Origin: Microthyrium microscopicum
Lineage: Eukaryota
Length of the DNA stretch: 64,000 bases
Direction: 5' to 3'
Assembly (NCBI GenBank): GCA_010405405.1
Contig: MU004236.1
Location: 384,576 to 448,575 of the forward strand
Of this stretch, positions 23,034 to 35,359 are shown in pieces. Within the stretch, counting starts at the first letter, position 1; each line of letters opens with the position of its first letter. The position numbers and the translations under genes are program-made. The notes under the pieces are model-generated. The model saw only the letters and a list, made by a program, of their open reading frames with translations, searched no databases and was not told the origin of the DNA.

Positions 23034-24750
23034 TCAGACTGCTTTCGCTGCTTTCGTCTGTGCCTGCTCCTCACGTATCTTCGCCAACAGCTCCGGATAC
23101 TAAACTCAAAGTCAGCTTCCCATCATATACCAGAAACTCCAAACCCCAAAATCACAAACGACAGAAAGAAACTCACCCATCTCTCCGCAACATCCGGATG
23201 GCTCTTACATCTGTTCGCCAACGTCGCCTCCCCCAAATGTCCCCATCTGCCCGCCCGAAACGTAAACTCCACATCATCTCCCTTTCTGCCCTTCTCTTCC
23301 CTCAACTTCCTCACTTCCTTCGGCACATCCATCTCCTCAAACCTTGCATCATAGCTAACGCCCTGAAAAAACGGCACACTATACCTTGCGCCCTCTCCAG
23401 CCCTTGGGCTTAAAACACGATGTGTAGTGCTCGCGCACACTCCGCCCGTCACGGCCTCCAGTCCTTGCCCAAACGCAACGACTAGTGTGCCTGGAATGGG
23501 CACTGCGTCTATCCATTGGCCGTCGAGGTTTTGCGCTTGCAGACCGGCTTGGTGTGAGGCTTGGAGGAGGAAGGAAATTAGCATGCTGTCTTTATGAGGC
23601 CCGACGCCCTGCCGGTTTGGCGGATCGCTGGAATTAGATTGAGATTCGGGGTACTTGACGATTTTGAGCTTGTGTTGTTGGTTACTATCAAAGAAGCGGT
23701 TGAAGGCTGTGGGGGGCATGCCGAGGGCCTCAGCGATTAGGCTCGTGAAGAATGTGCTGAGGGCTGATAGGTGGGTCATGTAGTCTTCGAAGATGGGGCG
23801 GAAGGAGGGGAGATGAGTGGTGGAGGGCCATTGGTTTGGCGCGAGGAGGTTGTGGTAGAGTGGTGCGGTGGATGGCGGTATAGGATGTGGCGTTGAGAGA
23901 TCTAACTGTTCGCGGTGGTCGGCTGCACCAGCTGTAGTTTCGTTGTCGAGCTTGTGGGCGTTAGTGTCGATATATGTGATTTGACAGCGGATGTACGTGG
24001 TCGGGAATGGACATAAACACTAAACGATGAACAGTGCGGCTAGAAACAGAGTTTGAAATCAAAATCAGAAACATAAAAAGTACATCACTTTCATAACTGC
24101 AGAGCCTAAAGCAATAAATATCAGTTCTTCGAGAGTTGCGCCCTTTTGTAAAGTGCCGCAATACGCTTTCCAAATATTTCGTGGGCATTCAACAGACGTT
24201 TGAACAAAGTTTGGTGTAACCATCCATCCAGCCATAAGGCTGAGATGCAGTGAAACAAGCGCATCGCATGCCGCGCTCATGGTACCACAATGACGCTTCA
24301 ATCTCAAGCCACTATCACACAACGCAAAGCCATCAAGGACTTACCCTGCTCCAGCCTAGAAAGCTTTTTTCATTCTTCATTTCAATCTTCTCCTTTTCGT
24401 CCAACGGGAGTACATTTTCATCGAAGAATTGTCGCGTTTGGTCGCATACCTGCCGAAGGTCAGTTCCAACTCCCTTCATTTTGAAATATGATTGGCGCCA
24501 GTAGAATGGTCAATATCAATCAACACATTCATCGGGCACCAAACACTGTCGAGTGTAATGATCATTTTGCCAGAATGAGCCTCACTTTCTCAGTCAAATC
24601 ATCAGGTATTCCAGTGTTGTCCAGATACAGAAATCCAACATGGAGCAGCGCCGAGAGCAGGTCATCAAGAAATTTCTGTTTAGTCGCAGGCTCGCGCGCT
24701 GCCGCAAGAGAGAGAATTGGTATCGAAGTAAAAGTATTAGACGAAGCCAT
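23034..24750 (-). CDS. 2-oxoglutarate/Fe(II)-dependent dioxygenase (IPNS/DIOX_N family)
   Basis: Four exons with introns 24450-24585, 23951-24344, 23100-23176. Motifs IPILSL..VGFLYL, PNQWP, HKD (HxD), distal His in THRV, RYS. Confidence 0.9.
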
Positions 24751-25910
24751 ATTCGTACCCTCAAATGACACTATAGAATGCTGCCCTCGTGGAAGGACCG
24801 CGATATCCCTTGCTCTTACGATCCTCGATTGCCCAAGAAATGGATACGATGTGTGATCGTTGTCAAGAACAAGCAATAGTGAGTATATATAAAATATTTC
24901 GCACTAAACATTGACCGGCTCAATGACGATATGCACCCATCCACCAATCGCTCCTTTCGCGGCCGCTAAGTGACCACCATGTGACAAAGCGATTCGCTGG
25001 CTCCATTGAAACACCTGTATAATCACTGAAGCATGAAAATAGCCAAGCAGACTAAACTAGCTGTCTTGACTGCGATAACCACCAAGGCGAAGGAGAGCGG
25101 AAGTAGGATACTAGCCATCACGGCTACGAATGCCCAAGGTGGTTGGCGCGCGTTCGATCATACACGGGTGACAGGATGCTTGTACGGCCTACCAACGTCA
25201 GCTGATCATTGGATATGTGGCGGGTTGGGTAATGGTAGGTGGTGGTTGATGGGTGCCTCACTGGTACGATACCGGGTGCAACACAGATGTTAGCGCAAGC
25301 TGAGAGATGAAAGATGGTCAAAGAATGTCGTGCTGGTACCAGCCTGGTGGTGTGATCGACTAAATGATAAAAGCAGTGCCAGGCGGCCGCATTTTTGGTT
25401 CCAAGGTTCTGGAGAGGGGCATTCATGCTTTACCGAACTTGGAGCTTTCTCCGGTTGGTGAAAGTCTTAATTCAAGGTATGCAACGCAAATCGCATATCT
25501 GACAGGCCTGTAGAGGAATTTGATAGTCCTTGCGTTTGTGAATTATCCGCAATTCAGCAGGTCGCCCTACATCGCCTTGCTTGCGTCACTTGCCATTGTA
25601 ACTTCCATTTCGCACGACGCAATACGAAGTACCTCAATGGAACATTTAGAAGCCAAGAACGATTCGCCTTGCTTCAGGATTTGTTCGATAACTAAATACC
25701 TTTTTGTACAATAGCAGCTACGAAGGTCGAACGAGAAGTCAAGGATGGCATAGCGATTCAAGAAGAAATAGAAGGTACTAGTATGCTGAGATATGCTAGA
25801 CAGTACATAAAAATGCCACAGCTATTCAACTGCCATAAAATGCTACACAAACATAAAGAAGCCGCCCTGTCACATCAATCTACTATCACCAACGTCAATA
25901 CGAAAGCATT

Positions 25911-27119
25911 TCAGCCTTTCCAGACAACCTCCTTCTTCATCGACGTCCCATCCATATAGCCAGTACCGAAACTGATCATATAGTCTCTTCCTTTGATAGC
26001 CCAAACTATCAGACTAGGTATCTTCCAGCCAAACAACATACCAACTCCCTTGCTTCGTCCAACCGGCACAAATTGACTCTTTCTCACATCTGGCACCCAT
26101 GCCATATCTTTTCCGCTAAGCTGATCGCCTTTGCCGGCAGCAAATGCTTCCAGGTCTCGCTTTAAGTTTGTTACTACCACCGGGATCATGTTCGTAAGAT
26201 GCAATATGCCACCTGGAGAAGCGCTTGATACGTCTCCAAGTGCGTACACGCGAGGTCCCGCGCCATCGACTCGAAGGGAAGATGCGTTGGTATCGATGTG
26301 GGCACTTGGTGTGAGAACGGTGTTGGGCAGAAAGCCGGTGTTTGGCTTTGCGCCGATGGCTGGAATATACATATCGGCGTGTATTTCCTCGCCGCTTGCT
26401 AATTTGACGTGCGCGCCTGACTTGTCCGTAGTAGCAGCAGCTATTTTGGCGTTGTATCTGACAGTCACACCAACAGAGTTAAGATATGTTTCTGCGTGAG
26501 CTGCAACGTCTTCACGTAGGACTGGAAGAAGCTTCGAGGCCGATGTGAGGAGGGTGATCGTCGCCTTGTGCTTAGAAGCATTTCGTGTGTTGAGATGATC
26601 ACCTATCTCGCCTGCGATCTCTACAGCCACGGGTCCTCCGCCGCCAATGATGATGTTGTTTGCAGTGGCCAGCTGGTCACGGAAACTCTGTCGGGCCGTT
26701 TTAGTTTCGGGAGTTTGCCAGAATAGGGGGGAAGATTGCGCAGTTCCTGTGGCGATAACAAGGGCATGATAGTGAAGTGTCCCATCTCGAACTGATGGTT
26801 CTGTGCTGGTGTACTGTAGTGCTCGAGATGCAGTGTCAATTGATGATACGCTTGCCTGGAGGAAAGTGAAGTTAGATGCCGGGTACTGTGAGAATCCTTT
26901 GGCTATGTCCATGAAGGCTATCGAAGGATCAATCAGTATGTCACTGATGACTGATCGTGGTGCGGAAACCATATGATAGAATTCTTTCGAAGGATTGATA
27001 AGGTATACATGGTATGTATCTGACTTGGGGAGTTGGGGTATAGTGTGCTGAAGGATGTAATGTGCTGATTGAAGGCCAGCAAAACCGGCCCCAAGAACAA
27101 CGATGTTCAGTGTTGACAT
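25911..27119 (-). CDS. AIF/AMID-like FAD-dependent pyridine nucleotide-disulfide oxidoreductase
   Basis: IVVLGAGFAG, LVIATG, IIIGGGGPVAVEIAGE, VYALGD, WAIKGRD. Likely start MSTLNIVV at 27119. Confidence 0.9.
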   Translation of the reverse strand: MSTLNIVVLGAGFAGLQSAHYILQHTIPQLPKSDTYHVYLINPSKEFYHMVSAPRSVISDILIDPSIAFMDIAKGFSQYPASNFTFLQASVSSIDTASRALQYTSTEPSVRDGTLHYHALVIATGTAQSSPLFWQTPETKTARQSFRDQLATANNIIIGGGGPVAVEIAGEIGDHLNTRNASKHKATITLLTSASKLLPVLREDVAAHAETYLNSVGVTVRYNAKIAAATTDKSGAHVKLASGEEIHADMYIPAIGAKPNTGFLPNTVLTPSAHIDTNASSLRVDGAGPRVYALGDVSSASPGGILHLTNMIPVVVTNLKRDLEAFAAGKGDQLSGKDMAWVPDVRKSQFVPVGRSKGVGMLFGWKIPSLIVWAIKGRDYMISFGTGYMDGTSMKKEVVWKG

Positions 27120-27906
27120 TCTAGACGGCTCTATTACGATCTTACTATGCTTGATGAGTTGGTAACAATATGTCAATAGCAGAAACGTGAAAGTCTGGTT
27201 GATATGTAGGAGAATGATGTTCTTAAACAACACGGCCTACATCATTTTATAACAACTGTGCACTCTACAAAGTTATAAATCATCTCTTTCCACAACGCCA
27301 AGTTGAAGTTTCCTGGGCATGAATAAGCAGCCTTCATCCTGATTGACTTTGGTTGCGGCGGTCGATTGAATGTAATGGGCTGCTGCTTGATTGGTTGTTG
27401 GTCAGCCTGATTCCAATCAAACGAGCCTTGAGTGGCTCCGACTGAACATGGTCATGCTCCCGGCTCCGGATGCGTGGTATCTCTCAGGGTTGTTCGAAGG
27501 TCGCTGAGAAATGGTTGCTGAGAAATGGGAATAGATAAGGAGTTCTAAGGCGTAATTACTGTGGCCTCAGGCGACGATCTCGGATCTCGGATGTCCACGT
27601 TTCCGTTCCGAGATCTCAATGGATCCCGCGTCGCGTGGCTGGACTCTTCCTTCTTACTTCAGAAAAATCTTGAAAATTTTCGATTTATATTTTACATAAG
27701 ATGGGCCATTTTTATTTGTTTCAATGAGAGACAACCCGCCTAGCATACTAACAAGCTAGAATTCGTGAGTGATTAACCTTTAATATTTGCTATATTGTAC
27801 AGAGTATAGAGTACATCACCCTCATAATCTCGGAATTCTAAAAGCCTGTATACTTCATCAAGTCGTTGATAACCTACCATACGCCGGGTCCTATTGCGTC
27901 TCTAAA

Positions 27907-30410
27907 TCAAAATCCTATAAACACAACAAGCAGGCCAACAGCAAAAGCAAGTCCTAGGCTCACTTTCGGCCTACTAGCAATATTTTTTTCGCCCATCTTT
28001 CTAGGCTGCCCTTGTCCCTCGGGAGTATTTTGACTCACCGGCACTGGCATCGCTCCATTCATCGACACTAGAATGACATACTCGCCTTCCAGTTTTGTCA
28101 TGCCGCTGAGCGTGAGCTTGTTGTTATCAAACAGTAACGCCTCTCCTTGGTTCATGGCCAAGTTGGTGCCGCCTAGCATGCCAACAGTCAATCCATTTAA
28201 TGGTTCGAATGGCCCGGTAGCTTGAGCTGGAGATCGGTATCCGATGGCGAATTGGACTTTGGTGGCTAGACTGGCTGGTAGCGAACTGGGTACTGCTACT
28301 AGGTTTTGGGTTTCCAGGTCGAAGTCTGGAGCTTTGGTAGGCATTGGTGCAGTGGCAGAATTTGGTGCTGATCCGGCTGCTTGGCCATTTAGTTGTTCGT
28401 TCAGGATGGCCAAATTGACTGGAAATTCGAGGGTGACTGCTTGTATTCCACTGGCTGAGACGCCTGGAGCCGGAACGGGCGGCTGGGGAGCTGCGGGAGT
28501 CGCTACTGCTGGTGGCTGTGATGCTGGAGGAAGTGCCGCGGGAGGTAGAGGGGAAGGTGAGCTAGGAACTGCGCCTGGTGGAGGTACATTGGTGGCCGCA
28601 GGCGATATTGCAGGTGCAGAGGCAACTCCTGGAGTAACAGATGCCGCTGGAGGAGCAGGAACTCCGGGAGGTACAGAGGCTACCGGAGGAGCTGCTGCTG
28701 GAGGCAGCGACGAGCTTGGTGGAGAAAGTCCTCCAGGACCAGGCGTTTGTTGACCAAGTATACCACCAGCAGATGAGGTTACGAGTCCCGGCGGTAAGAT
28801 GGACGGCCCTGCGGGCGCCGGCGGAGCATTGCCTTTTGGCATCACCGCTGAAGGGGCAGGCTGGGCTCCTGTACGATTGCCATTTGGTGATTCTTCCTGG
28901 AACCGTGCTACCGAGGGTATTTCTGTTGCGGCGCTAAGTTCGGGATTGATTGTCACTATCAGAGGCATTGAAGCAGGTGGAGGAAGGCTTGGTGGTGGTG
29001 GTGCAGGTTGTGCGGGAGATGGACCAGCTGGCGGTGGCAGAGGCGGCGGTGCGCCAGGCGATTGGGCCGGCGGCTGGGGTGGAGGTGGCCCAGGTGATGG
29101 AACAGCTGGAGGCAGAGGAGGCAGAGGTGCTGGTACAGGAGCAACAGGTGGAGGAGCGGACGATTGGGTAGGTGGTGACGGTGCTGGTGCTGGTGGAGGA
29201 GGCGCCTGTTGCTCAAAACCATTCGTGTTGAAAACCCAAGAGAAAGTATCTTGAAAGATGTTAGCGATCCAACAGTACTAACATGACAAGCAACATACTT
29301 AAGGACATCACCCCTTTTGGCAGCACGTTTGGTCCACTTAGAGCCTTAACATCAGCGTTAATGCTCATCTTGCCAGCAGACTCAATCGTCAGCCTTAAGC
29401 CATCGATATATTCCGCTTGCTGCACTCCCTGACCACCAGCGATACTGACTGCCAGCTCTTCTCCAGATCCATACTGAATAAATATATTCCCATCGTCCAC
29501 ATTCTTTCTCCCTAGCAGCATATATTCGCCAGCAATAGAAGTCATCTTCTCAATCCTCGTTTTATCCTCTTGATTGTGAACATTCCTCTGATCTTCCACG
29601 ACTTGCCAGGATTTGCCATCAGGAGCGAGTTTGCCAACGAATGTATCAGCTGATTTGACGCCTGCGTTAGCGATAGCCTCACGGTTGAAAGGCAGTTCGA
29701 CTTTGGCGATAAGATCATTAGCTAAATCGCTTGTTCTGACGACATAAGAATAAGGCGACAGAGCCATAAAGCCGCTGCCGGACGCCCCAGTGACGAAATT
29801 ACCAGACAGGGGCTTGTTGTTTTGTAAGACGATCATGCTCCTATTCTTGGGTGATAGTAGGTCGATGCCAAATCCATCTTTGAGGGTAATGTCAGTACGG
29901 GCCATCTAAGCTCATATTAGTAATGTCATGGTTATAGGAAGAATCACTAACATTTCCTGCAATCTGCAGGATTTGGCCAAAGCTGGCTGGTCCTACATTA
30001 CTGGGTGCTGCCGGGGTTCCGAGGCCTGGAGGAGGCGGTACTGCCACTGGCTGAGGAGGTAACTGTCCAGCTCCTGACGCTGCCGAAGTTTGAGGTAATG
30101 GTACTGCTGGTAGCGGCGAAGAGGCAGCAGGTACAGCTGGAGGTGGCACTGATAATTGTGCTGGAGGTATGGGAGTCACGGCAGCTGGAGGCGCTGGAGG
30201 TGGTACTGATATAGGACTACCATTAGAAGACGGTGAGATCGCTGGTGGTGGAAGCGCAGGAGCAGGAGGAGCAGGACTTGGTTGTCCAACGGCTGATCGA
30301 GCTAGAGTAAAATATGGAAGATTTCCAAACTTTTGGGGGTCCTGGGGTATCGACTCGGCCAAGCCATTGGAAAGTAGAATGAATAGTATTCTCAACTTAA
30401 ACTTGCGCAT
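27907..30410 (-). CDS. Secreted, probably GPI/C-terminally anchored Pro/Ala-rich protein with a duplicated uncharacterised globular domain
   Basis: Introns 29906-29951 and 29250-29298 join three ORFs in frame. N-terminal hydrophobic leader and C-terminal hydrophobic tail VSLGLAFAVGLLVVFIGF. Confidence 0.82.
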
Positions 30411-31512
30411 ATTGAATTACAGGATTTATCAACACCTCAACTATAGCGTGAAGAAGTTGTACAAATCCTTGGTCATGAGCAGATGGGCACACTGGATAGC
30501 TGTTCGCGCTACGGACGTTGAGTGGAAAGCGGCATCACTATAAACCGTTGTGTCGCACAAGCTGATCCTCATGGCAGTGTTGACATGTTACAAACATGAT
30601 GAGGAGAAATTGTTTTACAGCAGTTTGAATCGATCCTCTCCAGGTACAAAGTACTCCGCTTGCTTCGCGCAGTAATCTTGGCACTGCCCATGTGAACAAT
30701 GCCCGATTGAAGATCTGCAGCCCATAGCTGGGTTTAGCTGGTGAACGGAAGGTTTGTGCATCTTTCCTGGAGTCCCGGGTTAGATCCCGTAGAATGGGAG
30801 GCTCAAATGAGAAAGCTTACTATGAGGTTGGGTTGAATTGATGGTTCAGATGCAAAAATGGCGTCAGGCCAAACAATGGTGGAGTACAGTTGCAACGCAG
30901 ATGGCGTTCCAAGAACTGAACATAAAACCAAAGACAATCTCTGCATGAGCTTGTGAAAGTTTCTAGATGAAGAGTCCAATCTTGGGATTGAACTGTACTT
31001 TGAGGCTGAGAGAGTCTAATATGACAGGCAGCCACCTATACTGTTTATCATAGCTTTGCTATTAAGATTTTTATTTAGTCAGTTTGCAAACGAAGAAAGA
31101 AGCCTGAGCGTACGGAAGTTGAAAGAATATGTGAAACATCCTCTGTGTTGTCGTGAAGTGATAGCCTTGTGGCCTAAGACATCCAGCCTTGCTTAGTAAG
31201 GTGATCATGGATATGTAAGTGCAGGGGCAAACCTTGGTGTTGAGGTTTGAACCAGAGCAAACATCCTTGGAAGCTGGAGCTGAGGCCCAAAAGACCCCTC
31301 TATCAAGTACTTGCGGGCCATGCCATGACGTGACCTACGCCCGGCTGTAGCCGATGGAGACAGGGAGCACGATACGATACCACTTCCAAGGCAACACCCT
31401 TCCTCCTGCTGCTTTATCTTCATCCTTTCTCCAAATCAGCAAAAACACCAAGAAAGTCCATACAACAAGCAAAACAAATCTTTCAAACACTTCAACCACC
31501 ATACCATTCAAT

Positions 31513-31827
31513 ATGTCTACGGTTATGATCACTTTGAAGTCCGGTGTAGGTGCCGATGAGCTCGAGAAGTAAGCTCTGCTATACTATCCTTCTGGAATAA
31601 GATGATACTGATTGCATACAGTGCCAAGAAGGAAGCAATCAACCAGGGTGGAGAAGTTGTACACGAGTCCAAACTCATCAAGTCGATAACGTATGCTCCA
31701 GATCCCCTCTCAAGTTTAGGCATGGCTAACATTGGGTAGTGTCAAGTTCCCAGAAGACAAGGTCCACACTCTCTCCACGAACGACAAGTACAGCGTTGAG
31801 CATGATCAGGAGGTCAAAACCCAGTGA
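31513..31827 (+). CDS. Small peptidase inhibitor I9 (POIA1/Pbi2-like), 70 aa
   Basis: Introns 31569-31621 and 31691-31739 give MSTVMITLKSGVGADELENAKKEAINQGGEVVHESKLIKSITVKFPEDKVHTLSTNDKYSVEHDQEVKTQ, with the GG.V.H...LI and VE.DQEV.TQ pattern. Confidence 0.88.
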
Positions 31828-31977
31828 TGGGAGTTGGATTGGATACCATGCCTTGAGCGAGATTATCTCAAGTACAGGAACTGTCTTGTACATAGTTCCA
31901 AACCAATGCGTAGATGATGTCTTGTTGATCATCGTGCCCATATAACGATAATCGCTTCGCGTGTGAAGTTAAGGTCC

Positions 31978-33354
31978 TTACCAAAGGCCATCTACTCTGC
32001 CCACTCCTTTTAAGCTGAGATAGACATCCGTTCCCCAACCCCATAAGCTCTGCACAGCAATACCACCACCAAAATATTCAGCATACGCCCTGCCCAGTGG
32101 CAGTCCATACCCCAAGCCTGCCAGAGTACTACCACCATCACTGGAGATAAGACTCAGTCCATCCATCATTGGATTATCCGCCCCCTCACCAGCACCAGGC
32201 GTCAATGAATTTTGAATCTGCTCCTCGCTAAACGTCGTAAAACTATAATCCCAAATATGGCGATACGTCTCTGGTGAAATTCCGCCGCCACGATCTCGTA
32301 TTCGAATCGTCACTCCAGGCGTCGCCTCCGCCATAGGCCCAATATAGCTGACTGAGCCACCTGAGCTATCAATGCCATCATATGACACACTGAACTCGTT
32401 GTGCTCGGGATTTTCATCGTGCTGCTGTGCAGTCGGTTCAGGCAGAGGCGCGATAGTGATTTCAATGGGTTCTCGCTCCATGCGCTTCTCAATGGAGGCG
32501 CGAAATGCGTTCTTGAGTAGCTCGGTTATGATGTATTCGAGATGTACCGGGATCTGGGCAAATGTGTATCCCGGTTCGCCGTTGATGACTACGTGAGGTC
32601 GTACGCCGTACTTGAATTCGCATATATCGCCTACAACGGCTTCGCAGTGGCGGATAACAGTTGCAGGGCATAGAGCCGTGTCGATAACGCCGATGAAGGA
32701 GGCCATTGATTCGTCTGTCTCAATGGGCCTATTTTGTGCTTCGAGATGTGGTAGGGACGAGTAGTGCAGTGCAATATGTTGCTCGGCGATAAGTCGTGTG
32801 CCTATTCGCGCACGTAGATGTTCGTCCAGAAAGCGTGTCACCTTTGCGGGGTTGGTGTACTTGCGGGCTTCGAGAAATCCGCGGGCGAGGATGGGGATAG
32901 TGTCGGCGTGGGTCTGGACGAGGTTGACCATGACTTCGGTGAATTCGCGCTCTGCCTCGACTGAATCGATTTCTGTCTGAGCCCATGGGAGTAACGTGGA
33001 TAACGAGTGCATGTAGTTGCTGTGGATCTTGGAGATGTGTGGGTTTGTCACAACAATGAATGGCAGATTACGCAGCGATTGTATTCGCTGGGCGAGGCGC
33101 GTTGGTAGGATAGACAGCGTGAAGTTGGCGGATCGATACAGTGACGATGCGGATAGAGGCGGTCGTCCATGTTTGACAAGATCAGCGAGAGTGAGGCGAT
33201 GAAGTGGTTTTGCTGCGAGTTCCATTACCACTTCATCTGTTACTGCTGCTGTACTCAAGGCTCGCGAGGCATTGAGCTGCTGCTGGTAGATTGGTCGCGT
33301 GAGGCTGGCGAGACGCCTGGAGCCGCATGTTGCGACCTGAAAACGAGGTATCAT
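31978..33354 (-). CDS. Mitochondrial alpha-ketoacid dehydrogenase kinase (PDK/BCKDK family)
   Basis: LPTRLAQRI, RARIGTRLIAEQH, ELLKNAFRA, IRDRGGGI, AGLGYGLPL, GWGTDVYL. Arg/Ser-rich N-terminus; likely start MIPRF. Confidence 0.92.
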   Translation of the reverse strand: MIPRFQVATCGSRRLASLTRPIYQQQLNASRALSTAAVTDEVVMELAAKPLHRLTLADLVKHGRPPLSASSLYRSANFTLSILPTRLAQRIQSLRNLPFIVVTNPHISKIHSNYMHSLSTLLPWAQTEIDSVEAEREFTEVMVNLVQTHADTIPILARGFLEARKYTNPAKVTRFLDEHLRARIGTRLIAEQHIALHYSSLPHLEAQNRPIETDESMASFIGVIDTALCPATVIRHCEAVVGDICEFKYGVRPHVVINGEPGYTFAQIPVHLEYIITELLKNAFRASIEKRMEREPIEITIAPLPEPTAQQHDENPEHNEFSVSYDGIDSSGGSVSYIGPMAEATPGVTIRIRDRGGGISPETYRHIWDYSFTTFSEEQIQNSLTPGAGEGADNPMMDGLSLISSDGGSTLAGLGYGLPLGRAYAEYFGGGIAVQSLWGWGTDVYLSLKGVGRVDGLW

Positions 33355-33761
33355 GATGCATGCTGAGAATGCATATGGATGGGACCGGACCTGGGGGCGG
33401 TGGGGTACATGAGTTTGAAGTTGCAATGGTTGGACGGCGATGTTGAAGTGTAACTTGAGATCTTTATTGATTAGAGTAAGGAGGGCAGTCGAGCGATGTC
33501 TTATCGATAACGTCCAAGCTCAAGCTTCTGAGCTTCGTGAGGAATGACGAGACATGAAGTAGAACCCCACGCTTACTTGAATTCTATGTTATTGTTATCA
33601 GTGATTGTATCGCATGATGGGACTATAAAAATATCAACTGATTGAAAAACTGGACACAACATGTCAGAGGATTGTAAGATTGGAGTCTTCAAAACACCAA
33701 CAGAACGGTAGAAATCATATTAACAAAAAAGCCACCAGCACCAAACTATAACCACACCCTT

Positions 33762-34888
33762 TCATCTGAATGTGACCTGCCCATATTTGTCCTCTTGTGG
33801 CCTCTGACTGCCCATGCAGAAATAGCCATGGCGACCATCGTTCTCAAGATCAAACCCACCCTCTGGTCCCCAAATCTTCTCCATCTCCAGGCGCGCTTTC
33901 GACTTTGGCTCGCCAGCTAGAACGCGCTCCTTCTCAAAGAAGACATAAGCAGCATAGAACAGGTTCGTAGTGGCACCAGCATGTGGTCCCTTCTTACCAC
34001 GGAATTTCGTCAACTGCACGCTTTGGAATTGACCTGGCTTGCGATGTGCATAGACGCAATGATTCACCAGATCACGGCAGAAGCCCGCCTGCGTTACACC
34101 GGGCTTCTTCAGATGTAGCGTAATTTTGCGGCGCACTTCATCGCAGGTATCAAAAACCTGGACGCGATCTTCCGCCTCGTTGGGCAGAAGGACTTGCTTG
34201 ATATCAAACTGCGATGAAGTATTCCCACTGAGCGACGCGTTCTTCTTTGCGGCGGCAGATGGTTCGCCTGGAGTTGCTTTGACACGTTTAGCTTTGGGCA
34301 TCAACGACATGGCTTCCTTGTGCGCTCGTTTCTCAGCCTTCTGCTTATTGTCCAATTTCCAAAAGAACTGCACCCCTTGATAATAGGTCGCGCTGTCCGA
34401 ATGGCCCGAGGACTTGAGAAAGTTGTTGTAGCTCTTGTTGCTGACTCCCAGTGCCTTGCAAAATTCCCCGACTTTCATGTTGCCGTTTTCAATGTATAAT
34501 CGGATCTTTGTGCGCATAGCGTTGCATGATGGCATTGGGCGTCTGGGTTCGTCAAAATCCTCTTCGTCCTGCTCAATGCTATAACCTGCCATTTCCTCAT
34601 AGGATCTGGCGAATGATTTGACCGGCTTCTCTTGGGGAACGGGGGGACTTGTTGAGGCATTGGTGGAAAGGTTCGAAAGCGGCGGTCTATTGATCTATTG
34701 CCCTGTTAGTCTATTGCCCAGTTAATCGCGAAATCTCTTACCAACGCGGGAGTATCATTAGTAGTAGTACTACTAGCTTGTACAGCTGGAGCCTTGGGCC
34801 CGGGTTGTGGATTGGCTTGTGGGGGACCGGCTTGGGAATTGGCTTTGGAAGCCGACTCTCCCCTATTGAGCAGCTGCGCGACGTCCAT
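33762..34888 (-). CDS. Conserved fungal hypothetical protein with two HTH-like internal repeats
   Basis: Intron 34695-34741 joins exon 1 in frame. Repeats CNAMRTKIRLYI...KVGEFCKAL and CDEVRRKITLHL...TQAGFCRDL. Confidence 0.8.
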
Positions 34889-35359
34889 GGAGGGCAATGG
34901 CAACAATTAGGATGTGAAGTTAGACAAGAAAGAGACAGATCGCGTCCATTCAGTCTGGACAGGTGTATGTATTTTAGCTTTGTTAGTCCTTATTTTTGGG
35001 TGCCAAACTCAATGGAGCCTACCCCAACCATTGGGACCAAGCTGTTTTGTCGCCCCTGAAGCTAACACACGCCACTGTCGCGTCCTCACGTGTGTGACAA
35101 TGTTGTCATCCCTTTTGAAATCTATGGCGATATACTTTTAGATCCATACCGTGACAACAAAGATGCAGCTGTTTTTCAAAGGTTGGTGCTCGTGAAAGCA
35201 AGTGCAGAAGAATGTTACTTTTGCAGATGTCGCAGCTGGAAATTCGCTCTTTTAGAGCGTTCAAATGTATCATCATACATGGCACGGGAAGTTTTGTCAA
35301 CACAGCATGATATTCCTGGCGATACATTGAGGCTGGTCTGACAAAGCATCAGGTGGTAT

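Noticed and set aside
24230..24260. GGCTGAGA motif suggesting a TPP riboswitch in the dioxygenase intron
   Set aside because: It is on the antisense strand and lacks the downstream CCTGAT/GATAAT..GCG elements.
23034..27119. Possible secondary-metabolite cluster (dioxygenase, oxidoreductase, nearby bZIP)
   Set aside because: No PKS, NRPS, terpene or other backbone gene and no transporter in the window.
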